The translations under genes and the position numbers were made by a program. A stretch of DNA of 64,000 nt from Chitinophagales bacterium (GTDB lineage: Bacteria; Bacteroidota; Bacteroidia; Chitinophagales; BACL12): assembly GCA_041751015.1 (NCBI GenBank), contig JBGSYF010000029.1:64476-128475 (forward strand), read 5' to 3'. This document shows positions 36,690 through 45,900 of the stretch, piece by piece (position 1 is the stretch's first letter; every line of letters starts with the position of its first letter). The notes beneath the pieces were generated by a model. That model saw only the letters and a program-made list of their open reading frames with translations, did not search any database and was not told where the DNA came from.

Positions 36690-39600
36690 CTATTCCATCA
36701 GTAAAATTCGGCTGGCATTGCGCCCATCCCCCAAATCCAGGCGCAGGATATAGGAACCAGCAGCCAGGTGGCCCAGGTTCAGATTCAAGCCATCGCTGAG
36801 CGGGTGCAGATGCATCAATCTACCCGTAGGCTCAAAAACACCTACATAGGCCCCTGAAGAAGGTTGTAGCTGCCCCAGGTCTAAATGCACCCATCCCTTG
36901 CTGGGAACCGGATAGATGATCCACTGCCCGGCAAGTGAAGGATCCTGCAGTCCGCTGACAAAGACAGCCAGTCCCTGTTCAAGGGTATCCGTCCCGCAGG
37001 CATTGCTCACGACAAGGACAACCTGATAGTTACCCGATGCTGCGTAAACGTGAACCGGGTTCTGCTCCGAAGAGGTATTGCCATCGCCAAAGTCCCAGAA
37101 CCAGGATTCCGCACCTAAGGAGGCATCACTGAACGATGCCGTTCCCCCGCTCTGAATGACACTGAAGAAGGCCAATGGATCGGTTTGAATGAGCACCTGA
37201 ACCGTATCGGTAATGCTGCAACCCGATGCATTGCTGACCTGAACCCAATAGTTGCCCGAGCTGCCCAGCACAATGCTCTGTGTGCTCTCACCCGTGCTCC
37301 ACAGATAGGTGGAACCGGGATTGCCCGCGTCAAGCACTGCCACTTCGCAAGCGCTGAAATCCGGACCCAGTGCGGGAATCGGGCTCGGTAAAACGGTCGC
37401 CGCAACCCCTCCGCTTGCCATAAAACCCAGACTGTCGGTCACCGTGACGGAATAGAATCCGGAGGTACTCAAAACAATACTCTGGGTGGTAGCTCCCGTG
37501 CTCCACAGATAAGTAGAGCCCGGATTGCCCGCGTCGAGCACGTAACCGGCGCAAACCATCAACTCCGAACCCAATTCAACACTGGGCATCTCGGCCACGA
37601 TGAAATCATCGACCCCAATACCGTCAAAGCTGGAACCAAAGGCATCCGAAGCAAATGCCAGACGCAATTGAACCAAAGGCTCGCCGGAAAGGCCATCCAG
37701 GGCGTGCAAGGCTGTTAACCAGCCTCCGGAGTTTCCTGCCCAGCCATTGGCCTGAGGCCGGTCTGGGCGCTGATCACCGGGGTTGGCGATGATATCGTCA
37801 AAGTTGTACCAGTTGTCCGGATCGGCGAAGGCGCCAACCGTGCGCCAGCTAAGTCCCTGATCCACACTGCTTTGCAAGACCAATCCGTCATTGGCCGTGA
37901 GCAGACCCGCCTGAGTTTGGTAATGAATGCCCAACCGCACACCGGGCCGCTCAACCGCGCTGAAGTCAAAACAGGGCGAAAGGGCCTGGGAACGCTCGCT
38001 GTTGTTGTAGAAACCCGAAGGATTTGTCAGCAAAGCCCTGCTTCCTGAAAGCGCGGTACTGATGACAACACCGCTGGGCTCCCCAATGGCCCATGAGCTG
38101 TTTTGCCCCTCGGTAAGCCAGCCGAGACTCTCTCCTTCAAAATCTTCGACATAGGGGAAATCTGCAATCAATGGGACCTTGGTCAGCACTGTGCTCAGGG
38201 TGTCGTTCGAAGGATCATCATCGCCTGTCAGACTGGTCCAGGCGCGTATCAGGTAATCACCCGGAACTGAAAAATCGCCGAGAGGGCCAAAAAGCAGGTT
38301 GGCTGTTTCCTCAGGCAGAAGACCCGCACTGTAGGTCTGGGTAAAGACCGGCCCTCCTTCAACCTGCACTTTTACATCAAAGGCTCCCAGAGGACCCGCC
38401 CCCGTATTGCCGATTTTAACCTCAACAATCTGGGTGCCGTCCAGCTCACAACCGCTTACCGGGCTCAGGATATCCAACAGCGCTGCATCGTTGAGCTCCG
38501 GGTCGCGAAAGCGCAACTCGTCCAGCGCAATATCGCTCAGGAAGGCAGGGCCGCTGCTGCCAGGACCAATCCGGCCCGTAAAGCACACCTGAATCAGCTC
38601 GTCGTCCCAAGGCGAGAGGTCAACGGTTCTAAACTTCCAGGCGGAAGCAGGACTGAGTTGCTGCGGTCCGTTTAAGAGGTCAACCTGGGTGGAAATGCCG
38701 CTCTGGATCACTTCTATCTCCAACGAGCCCACCGCCACCCCTGCCATGTGATAGCCGTAGGCAAGATTGGGCGAAGTGGAACCTCCGCTCAGATCGAGGC
38801 AAGGCGTACACATCCGCGCCCGGTCCAGAGAAGTGCCAAAAGATGACTCGATGTAGGCAAATCCCCCATCGCCATCGGCATCCTCATCCGGACCAGTATT
38901 GGCCGTCGAAGTGGGGCCAAAGGACGTCTCAAAAAACAAGTCGGCCAGAGGATCGTTGCGCATGAACGAAAAGGTACTTGTTCCGCTCGTATAGGAATTG
39001 AAACTTTCGGTTTGTGGTAGAGTAAGAATTTCAAGATTACTGAAATAAAAATATGCCGTATCGTTGGCCGGCAGAATATCACCGGCAAAAAGCGTAACTA
39101 CTTCTATGGTATAGTCCCCATTGATGGAAAAATCGAAAGGCGTAGAAAAGGTATACGTGTCGAATTCTCCAGGAAGAAGGGTGAAACCAGCCACATTTTC
39201 GGTAAGGGAGTAGCTCAATGGGCCGCTAACCGTTGCACGCACATCAAATGCGCTCACCGAAGCGGTGCCTGAATTGCGCAATTCCACGGAGAGCTGTTCG
39301 GAGGAACCGAGTTGGCAAGCTGTAACAGGACTGACAAGAGCCGTGGGTTGTAGATCAACAAAAGCCGGCAAATCCAATACTTCAAAAGCATCTATAGCCA
39401 TGTCTGACAGAACTCCCGGCCCGGTTGTTCCGCGAAAGCGAAAACGCACATTATCACTACTACTTGTAATAGAAAGCAAAACTTCAGTCCAGGGAGAGCT
39501 GCTAAACTCCTGATCCTGCCCGCTCCGCGACCACAGCTCCGCCCAGCTTCCGCCGTCATCTTCGCTGATGTCCAGCGCAAGAGTGCCGGTGTTGATGCCG

Positions 39601-42600
39601 TGCATATGGTAGTGAAATCGAACTGCCGCGCCACTCAGAGCAGAGACATCAAGACAGGGTGAGATCAAATTTGCGGTCGCCATGCTGCATGGGCCGGTAG
39701 CCTCAGTGTACAGATAGATGCCAGCGCTGCTGCCGGGAAGAACATCCACACCCGGACCAGTACCTATCGTTGGAGTTGCACCGCTGTTGGGCAGCCAGTC
39801 GGCATCGTCCGTGGGATCCTGAAGCCATGCCCCGCTCATCGCAGCCGAGCAATCACTCGTGCAGGACACACCACAGATGCTAAAGGCTTCAAAATCCTGA
39901 ACATAGGGAAAGCTACTGATAGCCGTCAGGTTCTCAAGTGAGGTGCTCAACGTGTCGTTACCGGGCACAGCATCGCTGCCCAGGGCCGTGAACAATTTCA
40001 GATGATAGATACCATCAGCGGAAAGGTCAACAGCCGTGCTGAAACTGTATTCCGCGCTGCCGCCCGGATCGACGCTGAGTGAACCGACATTCTCCAGAGC
40101 CGTGAAAGTGCCCAGCGGTCCTTCGACCTGATAACCTACATCAAAACCCGACTGTGTCTCCAGACCGAGATTGCTGACTTGAATGCGCAGTGCGGAGGAA
40201 GGAAGGTAATCGCAAGAAGCTGCAACAGGTTCCACAAGTGAAGTAACACTCAGATCCCCCGGTTGAATGTCACGAATTAATATATTATCTAATGCTATAT
40301 CAGACAGGAAACTGGAACCCGTTGAGCCTATGGTTGCCGTCAGGCAGAGCTTGACAATCTGTGAAGACCAGGGGCTGAGATCCACTACAGTCGAGATCCA
40401 GGGATCTTCGGCGGCGCTCTGCTGCTCAGCATTGATCTGCCAAGGTGTGGAGATGCCGCTGATGTCTTCCAGGTCAACCTGCAGACTCCCTACACCAGAA
40501 CCAAACATATGGTAGGCAAACTCGAGTTTGGGCGAAAGGCTGCCGTTCAGGTCAAGGCACTCGGTACACAGACGGGCCCGGTTGCCTGGAATGGAACCGG
40601 AACTCTCCACAAACACATAGCCCCCGCTACCGCCCGCATCAACAGAAGGTCCGGTCCCGTCGGTAGGTGTAGAACCCGTCCCCAGCTCAAACGTCAACTC
40701 TGCTGAGGGGTCTTGAAAAAAGGCGTCAAAGATGATGCTACCGGGAACATAACTGTCAAAATCCTCTGCGATATCCCCGCTGATCAAGCCCAGTGCCGTA
40801 GGCAGATTCTCAAAGATGAGGCTTGAACTGTCGTTGAGCGAATAGGCATCAGTGGGCAATTCGGTCCAGGCGCTGAGCGTATAGACTCCATCGGCGGAAA
40901 GGTCGATTGGCGATGAAAAGGTGTAGAGCAATTGCTCTCCGGCTGCGATGTTCAGCGCGCCGATGTTTTCGCTCATTGAGGCGGAGAGCCCGGGCCCTTC
41001 GACCGAGAAGGATACGTTGAATGAACTTTGGGGAAGGGTACCATAGTTGCGCAGCAACACACTTACCGCAGCAGCCGCATCATCACCGCAGGAACTGAAA
41101 GGACTGACTATGGCGCTAACTCCGACATCGCTGGGCAGTGGATTGAGGACTTCGATCTCGTCCAAAGCAATGTCTGCATTGAAGAATGATCCGCCTGCGC
41201 CCACGGTTCCGGTAAAGAGCAGCTCAATGGACTGGCCCAGGAAGGGGCTGAGGTCCAGAGTATCATAGCGCCAGGGCGACACGGCAGTGGGCTGTTGCTG
41301 CCCATTGAAAGTTCGAAGGACGTTGGTTCCTGCTCCGGCAACCACTTCGACCCGAAGTGATCCTATACCATTGCCAAACATATGGTAGGCATAGACGAGA
41401 GAGGGCGCTGTTCCGCTCAACAGGGGAATGCAGGTAGAGCGCAATACGGCAGTCTGCCCGGGCCCCATGTCCGAAGATTCCATGAACACATAGGCACCGC
41501 CATCTGCCCCGCTCAGCGGGCCTGTGGAAGCTGTTGGAGTCGGGCCGGACTCTATCTGGAAAGCGGCATCAGCTCCGGAATCGCTGCGCCAGTCTTCAAA
41601 AATGGCGCTGCCTGGAGCATAGCCGTTGAACGATTCAAAGGCGGGCAACTCAAGAGCGGGAAGTACGAAATCAAAGAAGAGGGTGTCGTTGCCCGGCACG
41701 GCATCACCGGGTTGACTTACCCAGAGCGTCATGGCATAGGTTCCGCTGATGCTGAAGTCGGCGCTTGTAGAGAACGTATAGATGGCCGAGCTGCCCGCAT
41801 CAATGGTGATGGCCGCCGCGGATTCTGTTGTGTTGAAGATTCCTGTCGGTCCGTCAATCCGGTAACCGACTTCAAAGCCGCTTTGCTCGGAGAGTCCAAA
41901 GTTATTGATCTGAATGGCCACGGTTTCCGCGGCGCTCAGCCCGCAGCCTACCTGAGGGGAGAACAGCGAGCTCACTCCCAGATCTTCGGGCTGGGGATCC
42001 TTGATCAGGATGTCATCCAGTGCAATGTCGGAGTTGAAGGAGAATCCTGAATCGCCGATCTTAGCCTCAAAGTGAATCTCCAGACCAGAGCCGAGATAAG
42101 GGCTGAGATCGAGGCTGTCATAAAGCCAGGGCGAAGCACTGCTGATGTGCTGCTGGCCTTGCAGCCATTGAAGAGTATCGGTGCGGCTTCCCTGAAGGGC
42201 GGTGATCAGCAAGTGTCCGGATCCGTCACCGTACATATGATAGGCATAGAGCAGAGATGGGGAACTTCCGCTGCTCAGATCCAGACAACCACTGCTCAGT
42301 ATGGCAAAATCACCGGCCACAGCCGGGGGAGAGGACTCTATATAGATGAACTGAAGACTGCCGGAAGCTCCGTTGTTGGGTCCTGTTGAGCCGGAGGGGG
42401 TTGGGCCGTCATAGACCCGAAAATTCAAGTCGTCCCCACTCAGGTTGATCAGGCCAGAACTGAAGCTGGTGGCAAAAAAGTCGTAACTCTCAAAATCATC
42501 CTGCACGGGCAGGGCCGCAGAAGGCAACCGGTTCAGAGTCAGCGATGTTTCATCGTTGGATGGGTCGGTATCCCCCGCCAGCAAGGTTCTCGCGCCGATC

Positions 42601-42908
42601 AGAAAGGAGGATGCACCCGACAAGTCCGCTTTAGCATGAAAGGTATAATCGTGTATGGCTCCGGCGGGAAGGCTGGAGGGCAAGCTTTCGATGGGACCAT
42701 CCACTCCGTTAATGCTGAAGACCAATTGCAGGCCGCTGATAGCATCTGTTCCATGATTGCTCACTTGTACCCTGAAAACTTCCTCAGTGCTGAAGCCACA
42801 GGCATCCGTCGGGCTCAGAATAGCACTGATTCCAGCATCAGCTCCTGAAAGCCTGCTGCAAAACCCGAGAAAATGAACAAAAAAAAGAAGTAAGGTGATT
42901 CGTAACAT
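36690..42908 (-). CDS. Giant T9SS cargo protein 2: five CARDB+MAM super-repeats, a sixth jelly-roll module, two Ig-like modules, PKD domain, T9SS C-terminal domain
   Basis: ORF 36690-42926 has a TTG start. ATG 42908 gives 'MLRITLLLFFVHFLGF', 2072 aa. Five 'Y(A/H/G)YHM.G' MAM cores. PKD 'WFWDFGDGNTSSEQNPVHVYAASGNYQVVLVVSN'. CTD 'WIIYPVPSKGWVHLDL'. Confidence 0.85.
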   Translation of the reverse strand: MLRITLLLFFVHFLGFCSRLSGADAGISAILSPTDACGFSTEEVFRVQVSNHGTDAISGLQLVFSINGVDGPIESLPSSLPAGAIHDYTFHAKADLSGASSFLIGARTLLAGDTDPSNDETSLTLNRLPSAALPVQDDFESYDFFATSFSSGLINLSGDDLNFRVYDGPTPSGSTGPNNGASGSLQFIYIESSPPAVAGDFAILSSGCLDLSSGSSPSLLYAYHMYGDGSGHLLITALQGSRTDTLQWLQGQQHISSASPWLYDSLDLSPYLGSGLEIHFEAKIGDSGFSFNSDIALDDILIKDPQPEDLGVSSLFSPQVGCGLSAAETVAIQINNFGLSEQSGFEVGYRIDGPTGIFNTTESAAAITIDAGSSAIYTFSTSADFSISGTYAMTLWVSQPGDAVPGNDTLFFDFVLPALELPAFESFNGYAPGSAIFEDWRSDSGADAAFQIESGPTPTASTGPLSGADGGAYVFMESSDMGPGQTAVLRSTCIPLLSGTAPSLVYAYHMFGNGIGSLRVEVVAGAGTNVLRTFNGQQQPTAVSPWRYDTLDLSPFLGQSIELLFTGTVGAGGSFFNADIALDEIEVLNPLPSDVGVSAIVSPFSSCGDDAAAAVSVLLRNYGTLPQSSFNVSFSVEGPGLSASMSENIGALNIAAGEQLLYTFSSPIDLSADGVYTLSAWTELPTDAYSLNDSSSLIFENLPTALGLISGDIAEDFDSYVPGSIIFDAFFQDPSAELTFELGTGSTPTDGTGPSVDAGGSGGYVFVESSGSIPGNRARLCTECLDLNGSLSPKLEFAYHMFGSGVGSLQVDLEDISGISTPWQINAEQQSAAEDPWISTVVDLSPWSSQIVKLCLTATIGSTGSSFLSDIALDNILIRDIQPGDLSVTSLVEPVAASCDYLPSSALRIQVSNLGLETQSGFDVGYQVEGPLGTFTALENVGSLSVDPGGSAEYSFSTAVDLSADGIYHLKLFTALGSDAVPGNDTLSTSLENLTAISSFPYVQDFEAFSICGVSCTSDCSAAMSGAWLQDPTDDADWLPNSGATPTIGTGPGVDVLPGSSAGIYLYTEATGPCSMATANLISPCLDVSALSGAAVRFHYHMHGINTGTLALDISEDDGGSWAELWSRSGQDQEFSSSPWTEVLLSITSSSDNVRFRFRGTTGPGVLSDMAIDAFEVLDLPAFVDLQPTALVSPVTACQLGSSEQLSVELRNSGTASVSAFDVRATVSGPLSYSLTENVAGFTLLPGEFDTYTFSTPFDFSINGDYTIEVVTLFAGDILPANDTAYFYFSNLEILTLPQTESFNSYTSGTSTFSFMRNDPLADLFFETSFGPTSTANTGPDEDADGDGGFAYIESSFGTSLDRARMCTPCLDLSGGSTSPNLAYGYHMAGVAVGSLEIEVIQSGISTQVDLLNGPQQLSPASAWKFRTVDLSPWDDELIQVCFTGRIGPGSSGPAFLSDIALDELRFRDPELNDAALLDILSPVSGCELDGTQIVEVKIGNTGAGPLGAFDVKVQVEGGPVFTQTYSAGLLPEETANLLFGPLGDFSVPGDYLIRAWTSLTGDDDPSNDTLSTVLTKVPLIADFPYVEDFEGESLGWLTEGQNSSWAIGEPSGVVISTALSGSRALLTNPSGFYNNSERSQALSPCFDFSAVERPGVRLGIHYQTQAGLLTANDGLVLQSSVDQGLSWRTVGAFADPDNWYNFDDIIANPGDQRPDRPQANGWAGNSGGWLTALHALDGLSGEPLVQLRLAFASDAFGSSFDGIGVDDFIVAEMPSVELGSELMVCAGYVLDAGNPGSTYLWSTGATTQSIVLSTSGFYSVTVTDSLGFMASGGVAATVLPSPIPALGPDFSACEVAVLDAGNPGSTYLWSTGESTQSIVLGSSGNYWVQVSNASGCSITDTVQVLIQTDPLAFFSVIQSGGTASFSDASLGAESWFWDFGDGNTSSEQNPVHVYAASGNYQVVLVVSNACGTDTLEQGLAVFVSGLQDPSLAGQWIIYPVPSKGWVHLDLGQLQPSSGAYVGVFEPTGRLMHLHPLSDGLNLNLGHLAAGSYILRLDLGDGRNASRILLME

Positions 42909-42930
42909 AAAACAAAAACAATCCAAGGGT

Positions 42931-42970
42931 AAAAATAGCCAAAGCCCGCCAGTCTGTTTGACTGACGGGC
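42931..42970 (-). terminator. Rho-independent terminator of giant gene 3
   Basis: Minus strand reads GCCCGTCAGTC-aaaca-GACTGGCGGGC (11-bp stem with one G-U pair), followed by TTTGGCTATTTTT. It lies 30 nt after the stop at 43000. Confidence 0.75.
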
Positions 42971-42999
42971 TTCAGCATTACGCACATGATGTGCAAAGC

Positions 43000-45900
43000 T
43001 TATTGCTTAAAGACTCTGAACATGGCTTGTTCAGTACCTGAACGCATTTCCAACAAATAGGCTCCTTCAGCAATTGTGGATAAATCAATGGTGAAATTCC
43101 AGCTCCCGGGGCTCAGGTTCTCTGAACCAACCTTGAGAAGACGCCCACTGGCGTCATAGAGCAGCCATTCCAATTCACCATCTCCCGAATAAGTGCCATT
43201 GATCTGAACCCAATCTTGGGCTGGATTGGGGAACAAATTCACTGCGCTACCCAACACCTCATCAATACCCGAGGCTACCACCTCAACTTGCAAGGAGAAG
43301 GTCGTGCTGCCGCATTCGTTTGAAGCCACTAAGGTCACATCGTAGATGCCCGGTGCGGAATAGACATGCACCGGATCGCGATCGGAAGACGTGCCTCCGT
43401 CTCCAAAAGTCCAGCTCCAGGAGGTGGCCTGTGGACTGGCATCAAAGAAATAGCCCGTTGTACCGGTAGATGTCCATAAAAATGAAGCCGTAGGCTGCGA
43501 GATGATGACCAGATTGACATCATCGGTAACCGGACAGCCGTATACAGGGACATTCACGGTAACGGAATAGTTGCCTGAGACATCCACATTGATGGTCTGG
43601 GTGGTGGCCCCCGTGTTCCACAGGTAGAGGAAACCGGGATTTCCAGCATCCAGTACAGCGCCGTCGCAGAAGTCGCGATCCAGACCCAGATTCACTATGG
43701 GCTCCTCAATGACGGCTACAACAATGGAGTCTATACCGCTGAAGTTGTCGGAGTCCGTCACTCTCACCCAATACGTACCGCTTGTACTCACCGTGATGGT
43801 TGGAGTAGTCGCTCCTGTATTCCAGACATAAGTACTTCCGGAAATGCCGGGGCTCAAGACCACAGATTCACCTATACAAAAGGCGGTATCGGGTCCCAGA
43901 TCAGGTGCGGGCGCATCCTTGATGCCAAAATTATCGAAGGCGAAACCATCAAACACTCCGAAGTCATCCGAAGAGAAGGCAATGCGAAGTCGCACAGAAG
44001 GAAGACCTGCCAAACCGTCCAGAAGATGCTGAGCTCTCAACCAAGTTCCCGAACCATCACCGGAACTTGCGGTTCCTGACCATCCCGGTGCTGGAGGTGG
44101 TTCATCACCGGGCGCCGAGCTGATGGAACTGTAATTGTACCAGTTGCCTGGGTCTCCAAAATTTCCTACGCGCTGCCAAGTGCTGCCTCCGTCCAGTGAA
44201 TACTGCAAGATAGCCCCATCTGCCGGGCCAAAGAAGGTACCCGACTCAATCTCCCACCATATATCCATCCCCACTGCTGGATTGGCCATAGAGCTGAAAT
44301 CGAGGCAGGGACTGAGCACATAGGAACGCTCCGAATTGTTATACGCTCCATCCAGATTGGTCACCCAACTGTTTGAGCCCGTTGTTGTTCCGGGTAAGAT
44401 AACCGCTCCTGCAGGCAAGCCAAGTTCCCAGCTCGATGCCACTCCTCCACTGGTCCAACCATGACCGGGTATCTCAAAATTCTCGGTGTAGGGGAAGGAG
44501 GAAATGGATACGATGTTGGTGATCACATCGCTGATGCTGTCGTTGAAAGTCGCTTCATCACCGGCAAGTGCTGTCCATGCTTCTATAATGTAGTCACCGA
44601 GCATGGACATGTCTATGGTTGTAGAGAAAGTGTAATTGGCCGTTGTCAGCGCCGGGATGGTTCCGGTAAAGGTCTCTGTGACTACGGTACCACCGTTGAC
44701 GCGATAGCGCACGGGGAAACCCGATTGAGGTAAAAGACCCTCGTTCTCGATTTGTATCACCAGGTTTTCCGAGGAACCCAAAGCACAACTGTTTGAAGGA
44801 GCGATGATATCGATGACCGCCAGGTCGTTGTCGGGCTTATCCCTGATCAGAATGTTATCCCAGGCCACACCATCGTAGATAACAGAGCCATCTGAGCCAA
44901 AAACCATGCGGAATCGAACCGCTGGCTCACCGCCCAGAAAGTTGATATCTTCCTTTGCCCTAACCCAACCACCGCTTCCCACACCGAAGACGGCGTTTGA
45001 CCAGCCCTCTTGAAAGCCAGCCCAAACAAGCCCAAAAAGGGAGGAGTTAGTGTACCAATTTTCCGATGTTGGCGATCCTACAAATCCAATTCCAAACCAA
45101 CTTCCCCCATTGTCCAGGGTGTATTGGATGTTTGCTCCGTCGTAGTTCCCTTCGCAGAACCAATTGATGTCTAAAAGAATCTCAGGAGCAGAAAGAGAGC
45201 TGAAATCAAAACAGGGACTCAGCACATAGCCCCGCTCACTGTTGTTGTGATTACCGGTCAAATTGGTCATAAAACTGTTGACACTGCCGGGAACGGAAGG
45301 TGTATTGATGTTGGGCCCTGCCGGTGAGCCAAATTGCCAACTGCTGAAGCTCTCGTTGATTATAGTCCAACCTCCCTGACCCGATTCAAAATTCTCAAAG
45401 TAGGGGAAGGAATTGACCAGGGGCACATTCTCAACAGCGCTGCTTACAGAGTCATTGTAAGTCGCCAGATCCCCTGCCAGATCGGTCCAGGACTCTATCA
45501 GGAATATACCCTCTGCACTAAAATCTGCCGTTGAGCTGAAGGTAAATGTCTCATTGGCACCTGCCAGCAAAGTGCCCACATAAGGCTCACTGCTGATGGC
45601 ACCGCCATTGACGCGGTAGGCTATATTAAAGCCACTCTGATCAATGGTGCCGAAATTGCGCACATTAACTGAGATGCTCTCAGCACTGCTCAGGCCGCAT
45701 GCTGATTCCGGGCTCAACACCTCAGTAACACCAACATCAACGGGAGCTTTATCAAATATTTCAAAATCATCAATGGCGATGAAGTGCTCAAACCATCCAT
45801 TGTTGGTATTGGCCCTGAACCTCACCCTCAGATTGGAGCCATAGGGCGCTAAATCAATCTCCATTTGCTGCCAATCGAACAGCTCCGTACCAATAGGTGT

